Shown piece after piece: positions 1 to 10,197 of a DNA stretch of 64,000 nt. A model generated the notes under the pieces. That model was not told the DNA's origin. It saw nothing but the letters and a program-made list of their open reading frames with translations, and searched no databases. Position numbers and translations under genes: made by a program. Origin of the DNA: Phocaeicola dorei (lineage in GTDB: Bacteria > Bacillota_I > Bacilli_A > RFN20 > CAG-826); the NCBI GenBank assembly GCA_963632375.1, contig CAVGUB010000111.1, positions 15,913-79,912 on the forward strand, given 5' to 3'. Each line of letters begins with the position of its first letter. The first letter of the stretch is position 1.

Positions 1-1
1 A

Positions 2-838
2 TTATATGTAGTGATGAAAAAGTTTGATTGTACTTATGGTAAAGCATTGTTAATTGCTGCCAATGATTTTGGACTAGTTCCTAATTCTAAATTAGAGAAG
101 AATCCAATAACAATACAAACTACAACAATTCCTATAAATAAGCAATCTCGAATTCAAGTAGAAATACGTGAATTTCAAAAATATGAGTTAGATTGATGAA
201 ATTCTTATGGAATTACAGAAAATACCTTAAAGAAATTTAAGGTGTTTTCTTGTAAAAATATATGACTTAATGGAAATCTATTTCATATTGAATCGCCTAA
301 TCAAAGAATTTTTGGTTATTATGGTGGTACAAAAGATGGAATAGAATTATGAAGACTTTATTTTGTTGGAAGAAAAAAGTTTAAATTTCTTTCAAATTGA
401 AGTGCTTCTAAAATACAAGGCGCTAAAATGCTTCCTAAGACAGGTGGTGATATTTTAGTTATTACTAAGTCTTTAAAAGATGTAATGGTTTTATATGAAC
501 TAGGGATTCCTGCTATTGCTCCAAATAGTGAAAATCTATTTGTTACAGATTTGCAATATAAAAAACTTTCAGAAAAGTTTAAGGATATTATTGTATTGTA
601 TGATAATGATTTAGCAGGTATTTGTGGTATGCGTAAAATTAAACGACAATATCCCAAAGTAAAAGTAATGTATATTCCTAGAAGATATGAAGCAAAAGAT
701 ATTTCAGATTTTTATAAAAAATACGGTAAAGATAAAACTCTGAAATTAATTGATATGGCTAAACAATATTATTTATGTCCAAAAAAAGATCTGGCGCATA
801 CAATCGAAACCGAGGAATTAGAGCTGAGCAAAAAGTAA
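2..838 (+). CDS. DNA primase, TOPRIM domain (5' end probably outside the window); 5 in-frame TGA read as Trp
   Basis: The frame is open from the window edge. Track ORFs 11..196 and 428..838 are in one frame and are separated only by TGA at 194, 197, 263, 350 and 398. TOPRIM-like GGDILVITKSLKD and IVLYDNDLAG motifs are present. No zinc-finger part is visible. TAA stop at 836. Confidence 0.7.
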
Positions 839-1176
839 TAAATGAATTAAAAGAACTTGGATTTGATAAAGTAATGTCTTCTAGACAGGGTTCTAAAATA
901 ACAGATGATAATAAAGTCGATATTTTAGATACAGAACATCAATTACCATTTGGTATGAATATTCAAGTAAAACATCAAATAGCTTACCCACAATATTTTA
1001 AAATTAGAGAACAATCAACCGTTCCTAATGATACTTTTGTCATTATATGGGATAAACAAGAAACAAAAGAAAAAAATATTGTAACAGTAGGCAGATGTGC
1101 TATATTAGATTTAAGTTTATTTTATAAATTGATTGAGTTTTATGGAAAAAGCAAAAGTAACATTCAGGGATCTTAA
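775..1176 (+). CDS. PD-(D/E)xK nuclease, Holliday-junction-resolvase-like (motif-level call)
   Basis: ATG start and TAA stop; overlaps the primase 3' end by 64 nt. RGIRAEQKVINELKELGF ... VDILD ... IQVKH resembles the E / D / (E,Q)xK core of Hjc-type resolvases. Confidence 0.5.
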   Translation: MSKKRSGAYNRNRGIRAEQKVINELKELGFDKVMSSRQGSKITDDNKVDILDTEHQLPFGMNIQVKHQIAYPQYFKIREQSTVPNDTFVIIWDKQETKEKNIVTVGRCAILDLSLFYKLIEFYGKSKSNIQGS

Positions 1177-1339
1177 TACCGAGAACGAGATTTATGTTAA
1201 TCTCGAATTTGATTCTGAAAAGGAAACTCTTGATTATACTGTAGATTTGAACGATAAGTATAACAAGGATAGTAAATTGGATTTTATTGGAATTTTGGCT
1301 GATTATTTTTTGAAATCATTAGAAGATAAAAGCAATTAA
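1142..1339 (+). CDS. hypothetical protein (65 aa)
   Basis: Track ORF 1133..1339 with the first ATG at 1142. Its TAA stop overlaps the next ATG (TAATG). Confidence 0.5.
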   Translation: MEKAKVTFRDLNTENEIYVNLEFDSEKETLDYTVDLNDKYNKDSKLDFIGILADYFLKSLEDKSN

Positions 1340-2538
1340 TGGAATCAATTTATCCATTACTTTCTACAAGTTTTAGAGAAAAATTAAATGATCTACATAC
1401 AAAATATCCTGATAATAAAATACTTATCGATATTTTAAAAGCAGATGATATTATAGAAAGTAATAAAACATCATTTTCATCAGAAATTAAAGAACAATTA
1501 GGATTAATTATAACTGATTTTGGAAGAATGGTAACATTCCGAGATAGTTCTGAATTAATATCATTTCTTCCAAAAGGAAAGTTACCTATATATAATGAAA
1601 ATGGTAATTGGTCTACTAAAAATAGACAATGCAGTAAACCTGCAAAATTTTTTCAAAAATTGTTAGTACACAAATACACTTGTAAAGAGTTTGAAGATTT
1701 TTCTAACCTAATCAAATATGAAATTCTAAATACATTTGAATTTAGAATAGTTACAGGTGAAGATGTACGAAAATATTATAATGAGGACACTTACTATAAA
1801 AGTACGGGTACATTAGGTGCTAGTTGTATGCGATATAATGTTTGTGCAGATTATTTTAACATATATGTTGATAAAGCCCAAATGTTAGTAGCATTTAAAG
1901 GTGATAAAGTAATAGGAAGAGCATTACTTTGGACTTTACACGATGGAAGTATTTTTATGGATAGAATTTATTATTGTTTTGATTGGTTAGAATCAACATT
2001 CATACAATATGCAAAACATAATAAATGAATAATTAGAGTTAATAATGATATTCTTAACGATGGACATTATCTTTTAGTATTAACTAGTTCTGATGATTAT
2101 AAAGAAGCAATCACATTACGTGAAGAAATTCAATTAGATAAAAAATATAGAAAGTATCCTTACATGGATTCTTTTAGATATTTTAACACAGAACAAAACA
2201 TTATTAAAACTTATCCAGAAGATTATCAACGTAATTTAAGTTATTCATTAGGTGAACTTCCTGAACAAATAACATATACTTGTGCCCATTGTGGACAACA
2301 AGAAGTAATTGATTGCACCCAGGATTTAAACATGGTTTATAGCTGTTATAATGATTGTTATTATTGTGAAGAATGTGCTTGGTATTGTAATATATTAGAA
2401 GATTTCTTTGCAATAGACTCAATTTGTCCTGTATACGATGCCACTGGTTCTAGGTATTATTTACCACTAAATTGGCTAGAATCACAAGACAATGATATGG
2501 CTATAAAGAAAAATGATAAATGGGTTTTCATAGATTAA
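1339..2538 (+). CDS. hypothetical Cys-rich protein (399 aa), one in-frame TGA at 2026
   Basis: Track ORFs 1339..2028 and 2164..2538 share a frame. I read 2029..2163 in frame with no TAA/TAG. The C-terminal part has paired Cys motifs (CAHCGQQ ... CYYCEEC ... C) suggesting a zinc-binding module. Confidence 0.6.
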
Positions 2539-2542
2539 TAAA

Positions 2543-3304
2543 ATGTCAAATATTAGATATGATCTAATTCCTTCGCAAGGAATTACCGAAGTAAGTAAAA
2601 TATTTACTAAAAAGTTAGAGAAATACGGAATCAATGATTGGAAATATGGTATTTCTTGGACAAAAGTTTTATCTTCATTAAAGAAACATCTTACTGAATT
2701 TGAACAAGGTAATGATTTAGATGAAGATAACTTGCTACAAATTGCACATGTTGCGGAAGAAGCATTAATTCTTTGCGAGTATTATAAAATATACCCGCAA
2801 GGAGATGATCGTTTACTTGGTAACATTTCTGCTCCTAGAATATCATTGGATATTGACGATGTTTGTTTGGATTTTATTCCTGCTTTTGAGAAAAAGTTTC
2901 AAATAAAATTAAACAATTATTGGGACGGTTCATATTTAATGAATCAAATGTTGGATAAAGTAAAAGACGATAAAGATTTTTGGGTCAATTTACCCGTAAA
3001 GAATCTTCCTACATTTAATCCAACTTGTTATATCACTAGTAGAAGCATTTCAGTTGAATGGACTAAAGAATGTCTGGAGAAAAATGGTTTTCCTTGTGCT
3101 CCAGTATATTGTGTTCCATTTAATGAAAGCAAAGTTGATTTACTTAAAAGTAATAATATAAATATACACATTGATGATAAAGTTCAAAATTATCAAGAAG
3201 CGACTACTGCTGGTATATTTTGTTATTTAATGGATGCCCCACATAATCAGTGGTTTAAAGTTCCTCAACATCGTAGAATATATGATCTTAAATTAAACAT
3301 TTAA
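2543..3304 (+). CDS. fusion of a dATP/dGTP pyrophosphohydrolase-like N-domain (DUF5664-like) and a HAD-family 5'(3')-deoxyribonucleotidase
   Basis: The N-terminus (RYDLIP ... KYGINDWKYG ... LKKHL.EF.QGNDLDEDNLLQIAHVAEEALILCEYY) fits the DUF5664 pattern. The C-terminal half has a DxDxV nucleophile motif (LDIDDVCLDF) and a TSR ... IDD layout typical of NT5C-type nucleotidases. Confidence 0.65.
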   Translation: MSNIRYDLIPSQGITEVSKIFTKKLEKYGINDWKYGISWTKVLSSLKKHLTEFEQGNDLDEDNLLQIAHVAEEALILCEYYKIYPQGDDRLLGNISAPRISLDIDDVCLDFIPAFEKKFQIKLNNYWDGSYLMNQMLDKVKDDKDFWVNLPVKNLPTFNPTCYITSRSISVEWTKECLEKNGFPCAPVYCVPFNESKVDLLKSNNINIHIDDKVQNYQEATTAGIFCYLMDAPHNQWFKVPQHRRIYDLKLNI

Positions 3305-4347
3305 TGGAACAAGTTAATTTAAAAGATTTTAAAATAATTCCAATCCTTGATAGTTTAAAACAAGCTAAAATAAGTGATGAAGAATATTTTAGTAAAAAAT
3401 ATAGTAATTACGTATCTAATTCCCGATTAAAGAATATTGATCCTACAAGAGGTGGTTCTCCTGCACTATATAAAAATCCACCTAAGTTTAGTACAACTTC
3501 ATTAGCAATTGGAAGTTGTGTTCATGAAGTAGTACTCCAACCAGAATCATTCAAATTGCTTCCTAAACAAGGTAAACCGTCTGCAAAATTGGGAACTTGC
3601 ATTGATTATATTTTTAAATATAGAAAGGAAGGTAATTCAATAAAAGACTCTATTATAATGGCAAGTAACTCAGCATCTTATTATGCTGGAAAACTATCTG
3701 ATTCTAAAATCAAAATGATTATTAAAAAAGGTTTGCCTTATTATTTAAATCTTTTGAAATTGGAATTGAAAGATGGAGATATCCTATTGAGTGATACTGA
3801 TTGGGATGTGGCAACATCTTGTATCAATTCTTTAAATAAGAATCTTGTTATTATGAATAAATTGCATCCAACAACAGTGTTTGATGAAATAATCCCATCA
3901 TATAATGAAGATGCAATGTTCATTGATTTTTGTGTTATGTATAAGGATAGAGCGACTATTCTGAAATATAAAATGAAAATTGATAATTGGACAATAGACG
4001 TTGACAATAAGAAGATTACATTGAATGATATAAAAACAACCCGAGACAATCCAGACTATTTTATGGCTCCTGGAGCACACTTTGATCATTATAGATATGA
4101 TATACAAGGTGCGTTATACGGAGATATTCTCAAGTTGTATTGTATGCAAAAATACGGATACAACGAAGATGACTGGACTTTTGAAGTAAACTTTTTAGCA
4201 GTTAAAAACAATTATCCATTTAATAGTAAATGTTGTAATATGAATTCTTATCTATATAATCGAGGTAAAATATCTTACCAAAATTTATTAAAAAGAGTTG
4301 CATATTATGAAATATTTGGATACGATAAAGAAGTAGAATTTGTTTAA
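3304..4347 (+). CDS. putative PD-(D/E)xK exonuclease (RecE / exonuclease VIII-like); function uncertain
   Basis: 347-aa ORF coupled by TAATG to the previous gene. Its N-terminal SNSRLK ... AIGSCVHEVVLQPE pattern resembles phage recombination exonucleases. The CDS is confident; the function is weak. Confidence 0.5.
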   Translation: MEQVNLKDFKIIPILDSLKQAKISDEEYFSKKYSNYVSNSRLKNIDPTRGGSPALYKNPPKFSTTSLAIGSCVHEVVLQPESFKLLPKQGKPSAKLGTCIDYIFKYRKEGNSIKDSIIMASNSASYYAGKLSDSKIKMIIKKGLPYYLNLLKLELKDGDILLSDTDWDVATSCINSLNKNLVIMNKLHPTTVFDEIIPSYNEDAMFIDFCVMYKDRATILKYKMKIDNWTIDVDNKKITLNDIKTTRDNPDYFMAPGAHFDHYRYDIQGALYGDILKLYCMQKYGYNEDDWTFEVNFLAVKNNYPFNSKCCNMNSYLYNRGKISYQNLLKRVAYYEIFGYDKEVEFV

Positions 4348-4350
4348 AAT

Positions 4351-4827
4351 ATGATAGTATATACATTTAAAGCAACAACTGATGAAGAGGCTAAACAGAT
4401 AGCCTCTGAAAATTATAATACGACTGTTATTTCGACATTTGATTATAAACAATTTTCTAAAGTAACAACTGAAGAATTGGCATCAAAGTTAAATCTTACT
4501 CCGAATCCAGGAGAAGGTATTCTTACTATGAGTGAAAAAGCTCCAACTGTATCAAGAGTAAATCCTTATAATCTTGAAAATGTAGTTACAGAAGGCGCTT
4601 GTTCAAAGAAGCTTGTCTATGAGATTCTTGATTCGGAAGGTAAAATATATGACAGTGAGGAATCAAAGAAGGATGCACTAAAGAAAGGTAAAGAACTAAT
4701 CAAACAACTCAATAAAGACCTTATTTGTAAAAAAGTATATAGAGTTGATCCTGAGCACGAAGTTGCATTTAGACTAACATATACTCCTCATAAAGCGGAG
4801 AATACTTATACGTTATTTAGTTACTAA
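4351..4827 (+). CDS. hypothetical protein (158 aa)
   Basis: Uninterrupted ORF with ATG start and TAA stop, tightly packed between neighbouring genes. Confidence 0.7.
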   Translation: MIVYTFKATTDEEAKQIASENYNTTVISTFDYKQFSKVTTEELASKLNLTPNPGEGILTMSEKAPTVSRVNPYNLENVVTEGACSKKLVYEILDSEGKIYDSEESKKDALKKGKELIKQLNKDLICKKVYRVDPEHEVAFRLTYTPHKAENTYTLFSY

Positions 4828-4835
4828 TTTTATTA

Positions 4836-5138
4836 ATGTATCGTTTAGATAACGCTCTCACAAAATCTAATATCATATATATGATCATTATTGATACTCA
4901 TTTTTATATAGGGAGTACATCAAGACCTTTAAAAGAGAGATTAAGAGAGCATAAAAGATTATTATCAAAAGATAAACATTATAATAAAAAGATGCAGAAT
5001 TGGTTTAATTTAAATAAAGAATTCACAGTACAAGTAATGGAAGAAACTTCTAGATTTTGTTTGTGTGAAAGAGAACAATATTGAATCAATCTCCTACATC
5101 CAGATATTAACATTATTAACAAAGTAGCGGTATATTAG
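4836..5138 (+). CDS. free-standing GIY-YIG nuclease domain protein (100 aa), one in-frame TGA at 5082
   Basis: IYMIIIDTHFYIGSTSRPLKERLREH ... EREQY-TGA-INLLHPDINIINK. The GIY / YIG / R / H / E elements are present, and the TGA falls where GIY-YIG proteins carry E..(Y/F)W. It terminates at TAG 5136, directly before ATG 5140. Confidence 0.7.
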
Positions 5139-5139
5139 T

Positions 5140-5934
5140 ATGCAGATCACTTATGATGCTTTAATGTTAGGCAAACCAACCATCATTAAGGATAAACAAT
5201 TTCTTGCAACTAAGGATTATGTAGAACCTTTCTTTGAGTTTTTTAAATCTTTAACAGATAACTTTGAAATTCATGTAGAAATGCCAGAACAGGTTACAGG
5301 TTCAATTGATGCTAAAGATATTACATATAATAAAGTATGGTGTCAGGCTATTTTACCTCTAAATACTCAGTATTATGATCCAAAATTTGAGTATAATGAA
5401 GTATATGGTTTGATTTATTCTCTCGATGCTAAAATTCCAGAGATTAAATACTATCGAGCATATCAACACAAGACATTCAAAAATCTTTGTGTATTTGAAC
5501 CAACTTGGATTCAAACCCAAGAATTGAAACCTGAAGTAAAATATGATTATAATTTTAAAGAATTGTTGAGTAAACCAGAAACATTTTCTTCAAAATTAAA
5601 AAGTATTAAAAATACTTTCATAAAGCCAAATGAGTTAACCCCACTATTGGGTAAACTTATTGAAAAGTCATTACTTTATGATTATCAAAGTATTTCGAGT
5701 AAAGTTCAAATTGCATCTAAAGATATAGTTAAAGCATATCGTTTGGTAACATTGAAACCAACATCTAATTATTATGTTGATTCATCTACTGAAGGTTCTT
5801 TACATAACTTTTATTCTGCAGTTTGTTCACAAATAACTGAAGGTAAAGATATTATTTATAGATTTGAGAAAACCATTCTTGTAGGAATATTATTTGGAAT
5901 TATTAAATATGAGAGTAATAACAAAGCGGAATAA
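5140..5934 (+). CDS. hypothetical protein (264 aa)
   Basis: Uninterrupted ORF with ATG start and TAA stop; its 3' end overlaps the nrdD start. Confidence 0.7.
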   Translation: MQITYDALMLGKPTIIKDKQFLATKDYVEPFFEFFKSLTDNFEIHVEMPEQVTGSIDAKDITYNKVWCQAILPLNTQYYDPKFEYNEVYGLIYSLDAKIPEIKYYRAYQHKTFKNLCVFEPTWIQTQELKPEVKYDYNFKELLSKPETFSSKLKSIKNTFIKPNELTPLLGKLIEKSLLYDYQSISSKVQIASKDIVKAYRLVTLKPTSNYYVDSSTEGSLHNFYSAVCSQITEGKDIIYRFEKTILVGILFGIIKYESNNKAE

Positions 5935-8155
5935 AGAAGTAGAAGAATTTAATTTAGATAAAATTATACTTGCAATTAATAAAGCGTTTAGAAGTTCCGG
6001 ATTTGATACATGGGTTAATGAAGATAAAGTTGATGTCTTTGAAAGAATAAATGAACTTTTAATCGAATCTATAAATAAACTTTATGAAAGCAAAGACGTT
6101 GTTAATGTAGAAGACATTCAAGATTGCGTTGAAACAATTCTAATGCAATGTAAATGTTTTTCTGTTGCCAAGAGTTATATTCTTTATAGAGAGAAACATA
6201 ATGAAAGTCGATTTATCCAAGACAGATTGGATTATATGGACAAATATACTTCATCAGGAGATAATGCAGCAAGTTCTTCTGAAACAGATGCTAACGCAAA
6301 TGTTGCAATGAAAAATGTTGCAAATCTAGAAGGTGAAGTATACAAAGTACAAAATAGACTTGTTCAAAGAACAAGAATGAAGAAACGACTAAAAGAAATG
6401 TTTCCTGAAGTTGCCAGCGAATATGTCAAAGATTTGGAATCACATATTATTTATGCACACGATGAGGCAAGTTCACCAACAGTTAAAAACTACTGTATGG
6501 CAGCAACTCTATACCCACTTATGGTTGAGGGAACAGGAAATATTGATGGTGTAACACCAACTCCTCCAAACGATATTCAATCATTTAGTGGACAGGTTAC
6601 CAATTTAGTATTTCTTCTTTCATCTCAAGTACGTGGTGCTGTAGCTTTGGGTGATTATTTTGTAGCATTGAATTACTATGTAATTGCAGAATTTGGAAAA
6701 GATTGGTATAATCGTTTGAATGAAGTTACCACAACTAATACTTGTACAAAACAACGTACAATAAAAGATGCTATACGAAAAGGTATGAAACAATTTATCT
6801 ATGGAGTATCTCAACCAGCTGGTAATCGTTCATATAATTCACCGTTTAGTAATCTTAATTTCTTTGATAGTAATTATTTTGCAAGTATTTTCGATGAATT
6901 TCGTTATCCAGATGGCACTAAACCAGAATGGAAAGCGATTGATTCTTTACAAAGAATTTTTCTTGAACTTCATAGAGAATTGCGTTTAATTAAACCTTTG
7001 ACTTTTCCGGTAACAACGATGTGTTTACTAACTGATGGTAATGATATTGTTGACAAAGAATATAAAGAATTGTGTGCAGAAGAACTTTCTAAAGGAAGTA
7101 GTTTCTTTGTTTATTTAAGTGATTCTGCATCAAGTATCTCAAGTTGTTGTAGAGTTCGTAATGAAATTTCAGATAACACTTTTAGTTCTACAACAGGTTT
7201 GACCGGAATTATGACCGGATCTTCTAACGTTATCTCATTGAATTTCAATAGAATAGTACAGAATTGGTATAATTATATTTCTTGTGATGTTGAAGCTTGT
7301 GATAAGATAGGTAAAGCATCTCCAGAGTTTATTGGAAGTATTTTGACAACTGATAAAGAACTACAACAATCTTTAAAAGATTATTTGATTTCAATTCTAG
7401 AAAGAGTTTATAAATATCAAATTGCTTTTAAATCACTACTGTATGATATGGAAGACAAAGGTATGTTTTCTAGTTCAAATGCAGGATATATTTATACCAA
7501 AAAGCTCTTTAGTACAATTGGATTTATTGGATACTGTGAAGCTGCAGAATTTCTTGGCTATAATGTCAATTATAATCAATCTTATATAAAATTCGTACAA
7601 TTGTTATTGAGTACAATTGAGGAACAAAATCGAATTCATTCAATACATGATAAAAAACGTCCATGTATATTCAACAGTGAAGGTATCCCTGGAGAACAAT
7701 TAGCTGTTAAATTTTATAATTGGGATAAAAACGATGGTTATAAAGTTCCAGAAGATCAAAACTTATATAGCAGTTATTTCTTTAAACAATGGGATGATAA
7801 AATTTCTGTTCTAGATAAATTACGTTTACACGGAAAAGAAATTGCATCATATTGTTCAGGTGGTCAAGCCGCACATATTCATTTGGATTCACATCCATCT
7901 AAAGAACAATATTTACATTTACTTGAATTTAATGCTAAAAACGGAGTTAGTTATGTTGGATTCAATATTCCTATTAGTGAATGTAAAGATTGTGGACATG
8001 TAGTAAATGCTCCAATTAAAGAATGTCCTATTTGTGGAAGCAATCATATCGATTATTGGATAAGGATTATTGGGTTCCTTCGACCTTTAAGTTCTTATAG
8101 TAACGAGCGATATAAAGAAGCAAATAAAAGAATTTTTTCACATATTAAAGATTAA
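5909..8155 (+). CDS. nrdD: anaerobic (class III) ribonucleoside-triphosphate reductase
   Basis: ATG at 5909 begins an ATP-cone (MRVITKRNKEVEEFNLDKI). There is a C-terminal Zn-ribbon (CKDCGH ... CPICGS) followed by the glycyl-radical motif RIIGFLRP. The protein is long (748 aa) and contains no TGA. Confidence 0.9.
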   Translation: MRVITKRNKEVEEFNLDKIILAINKAFRSSGFDTWVNEDKVDVFERINELLIESINKLYESKDVVNVEDIQDCVETILMQCKCFSVAKSYILYREKHNESRFIQDRLDYMDKYTSSGDNAASSSETDANANVAMKNVANLEGEVYKVQNRLVQRTRMKKRLKEMFPEVASEYVKDLESHIIYAHDEASSPTVKNYCMAATLYPLMVEGTGNIDGVTPTPPNDIQSFSGQVTNLVFLLSSQVRGAVALGDYFVALNYYVIAEFGKDWYNRLNEVTTTNTCTKQRTIKDAIRKGMKQFIYGVSQPAGNRSYNSPFSNLNFFDSNYFASIFDEFRYPDGTKPEWKAIDSLQRIFLELHRELRLIKPLTFPVTTMCLLTDGNDIVDKEYKELCAEELSKGSSFFVYLSDSASSISSCCRVRNEISDNTFSSTTGLTGIMTGSSNVISLNFNRIVQNWYNYISCDVEACDKIGKASPEFIGSILTTDKELQQSLKDYLISILERVYKYQIAFKSLLYDMEDKGMFSSSNAGYIYTKKLFSTIGFIGYCEAAEFLGYNVNYNQSYIKFVQLLLSTIEEQNRIHSIHDKKRPCIFNSEGIPGEQLAVKFYNWDKNDGYKVPEDQNLYSSYFFKQWDDKISVLDKLRLHGKEIASYCSGGQAAHIHLDSHPSKEQYLHLLEFNAKNGVSYVGFNIPISECKDCGHVVNAPIKECPICGSNHIDYWIRIIGFLRPLSSYSNERYKEANKRIFSHIKD

Positions 8156-8161
8156 AATATT

Positions 8162-8512
8162 ATGAAACTTTCAGTAGTAAATACACGATTTGTTGTTAAT
8201 GAAGAAAAAAGAACAGTTGCTTGTATATGTGACTGTCGTTTTAAATATATTGTATTTGGCTCATATAAGAATGAGCCGTTCAATGTAACAGCAGTTGCCA
8301 AATGTCACACAAACGACAAATTTGATGTAGAGCTTGGCAAGAAAATTGCACGTGCTAAAGCTGAAAACAAAGCATATCAAATTTGTGCACTAGAATGTAA
8401 GTTGTACAAAAAACACTTAAACAGAGCTTTGGAAAACTTTACAGAGTTTGAAAGAAAAGCAAATAAATGTATTGAACACAATAAAGGATACATTGAAAGA
8501 ATTTCTGAATAA
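8162..8512 (+). CDS. hypothetical protein (116 aa)
   Basis: Uninterrupted ORF. The AKCHTNDKFDVELGKKIARAKAENKAY pattern recurs in small phage proteins of unknown function. Confidence 0.7.
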   Translation: MKLSVVNTRFVVNEEKRTVACICDCRFKYIVFGSYKNEPFNVTAVAKCHTNDKFDVELGKKIARAKAENKAYQICALECKLYKKHLNRALENFTEFERKANKCIEHNKGYIERISE

Positions 8513-8655
8513 TGGAAATTGATTTATTTGAAGAAATAAATAAGTATTATCAAACTGTAGAAGGTACAAATATTTCATATCAAGAAATATTTAATGTACT
8601 TTCTACAACATTTGATACTGTTTATTATATTACAACAATAGCATCTTATATATAA
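8512..8655 (+). CDS. small hypothetical protein (47 aa)
   Basis: Below the track cutoff. The ATG overlaps the upstream TAA, and its own TAA overlaps the next ATG (TAATG at both ends), which fits the local coupling pattern. Confidence 0.35.
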   Translation: MEIDLFEEINKYYQTVEGTNISYQEIFNVLSTTFDTVYYITTIASYI

Positions 8656-8849
8656 TGTATATTTGGCTTATCTTTTCCATTTTATGTTTTATTAGATGTA
8701 TATTTTATTTAAAATCTGGATTAAAAGATTATAAACTGTACTATTCTATATACAAATCTAAGTTTCTTTTAGTTTTGATTTGTTTTTTCGAGGTAATGTT
8801 GTATTTAACCCTTAGTTTAGTTGGTTTATATTATTTTATTATTGGATAA
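8655..8849 (+). CDS. small membrane protein (64 aa, two hydrophobic segments)
   Basis: Track ORF with hydrophobic stretches (IWLIFSILCFIRCIF and LLVLICFFEVMLYLTLSLVGLYYFII); TAATG junctions on both sides. Confidence 0.5.
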   Translation: MYIWLIFSILCFIRCIFYLKSGLKDYKLYYSIYKSKFLLVLICFFEVMLYLTLSLVGLYYFIIG

Positions 8850-8965
8850 TGAAAACTGGAAAAAGAAAAATTCATTTAAGAAAATTTAAAGACTTTAAAC
8901 GATGATGAAAGTCTTTAACAAGTTATGAAAAAGATAAAATTTTAAATGGAACAAAAAGAATTTAA
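8849..8965 (+). CDS. small basic hypothetical protein (38 aa) with two in-frame TGA
   Basis: The ATG overlaps the upstream TAA. It reads MKTGKRKIHLRKFKDFKR-WW-KSLTSYEKDK under code 4. Speculative. Confidence 0.3.
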
Positions 8966-9098
8966 AGTTGATTATATGGATTTCAATGGAGAGGTAAATG
9001 AATTGTACTTCAAAACTTTGTATAATGCCATAAAATATATAGAAGACAACAATTTATTTGCCTCCATTGAATTTTTAAATAAACCTTTAAATAAATAA
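8946..9098 (+). CDS. small hypothetical protein (50 aa)
   Basis: ATG 8946 to TAA 9096; fills an otherwise unannotated gap. Confidence 0.35.
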   Translation: MEQKEFKVDYMDFNGEVNELYFKTLYNAIKYIEDNNLFASIEFLNKPLNK

Positions 9099-9102
9099 AA
9101 TT

Positions 9103-9501
9103 ATGGGATTGGATAATGGATTCCTTATTCGAAAGATGAATAAGGAAGATATGAAAAAAGCTCCTTATTATAAGGAGAGCTGGTATAACCCAGAATCAGA
9201 ATCATTTGAACCTATTTATTGGAGAAAATGTTATAATCTTCGTGAAGCTGTATTTAGAGTTCTTCATGGGGAAAGAAACGATGTTTATGAGTATCAAGTA
9301 AAATCTAATGATATTCCTGAATTAATTGAAAATTTGAGACCATTCTTGAATAAGATTTATTGGGATAATCACGATGATTGTATTTGGGAATATGATGAAA
9401 TGTTTGACGAAATGTATAGGACGTTAGTATTCCTTGAATGGTTCCAATCTTATTATAAAGAACATCCTGAAATTGAAATGGTCTTTTACGATTCATATTA
9501 A
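9103..9501 (+). CDS. hypothetical protein (132 aa)
   Basis: Uninterrupted ORF; its TAA overlaps the nrdG ATG (TAATG). Confidence 0.7.
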   Translation: MGLDNGFLIRKMNKEDMKKAPYYKESWYNPESESFEPIYWRKCYNLREAVFRVLHGERNDVYEYQVKSNDIPELIENLRPFLNKIYWDNHDDCIWEYDEMFDEMYRTLVFLEWFQSYYKEHPEIEMVFYDSY

Positions 9502-9998
9502 TGTTAAAATATACAGATACAATGGTCACATTTAGTGAATTTCCAGATGAAATTTCACTATGTATAAATATTTCAAATTGTCCATGTAAATGTCCTGGTT
9601 GTCATTCTAGTTATCTTGCTGAAGATATCGGTGAGATACTAGATACAACTAGTTTGAAAACATTACTAGATAAGAATGAAGGAATTACTTGTTTAGGATT
9701 TATGGGTGGAGATAATTCTCCTAAAGAAGTTTCAAAACTAGCAGAATATGTTAAGAACAATTACAACATAAGAGTTGGTTGGTATTCTGGTAGACAAGAA
9801 TTATCTCCAGATATAGATCTCAAGTATTTTGACTATTATAAATTAGGTCCTTATGTCGAAGAATTTGGCCCTCTTAATAATCCAAAAACAAATCAAAGAT
9901 TTTTTGCACGAGGTTCATTGCTTCATAAAATGGATGCAAATCCAATTGTCTTTTATGATATCACCGACAAATTTTGAGTAAATGATAAAAATTTATAG
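9501..9998 (+). CDS. nrdG: anaerobic ribonucleotide reductase activating protein (radical SAM)
   Basis: CPCKCPGCHS cluster near the N-terminus, as in NrdG activases. A TGA at 9975 lies 7 codons before TAG 9996. Under code 4 the protein ends at 9998; if this TGA terminates, the end is 9977. Confidence 0.85.
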
Positions 9999-10197
9999 AA
10001 AAGAAGGTTGGATTTTGAATCCAAAAGACAATGTTGTAAATAGTATTTTGCAACGTTGTGAAAGTAATGATGGAATTTGTCCATGTAAACACCCCGATAA
10101 TGATGGGGATTTACATTGTCCATGTGAAAGTTATAGATTAAGAGATAAATGTTGTTGTTCTTTATATATTAAAGAAAATGGAAATATGGATAATTAA
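9982..10197 (+). CDS. ferredoxin-thioredoxin reductase catalytic-subunit-like protein (FTR/FDR-like, 71 aa)
   Basis: The CPC ... CPC ... CCC spacing (GICPCKHPDNDGDLHCPCESYRLRDKCCCSLY) matches the CPC-CPC-CxC cysteine signature of FTR catalytic subunits. Confidence 0.6.
   Translation: MIKIYRKEGWILNPKDNVVNSILQRCESNDGICPCKHPDNDGDLHCPCESYRLRDKCCCSLYIKENGNMDN

Noticed and set aside
358-657. 99-aa minus-strand ORF, with similar ones at 2204..2422, 3741..4049, 3898..4107, 6620..6814, 9305..9529, 12295..12534, 12792..12980, 12958..13164, 14244..14444, 15682..15888 and 16561..16746.
   Set aside because: All lie antisense inside well-supported plus-strand genes (primase, nrdD, ligase, thyX, VWA, AAA and others) and have low-complexity I/L/F/S/N composition.
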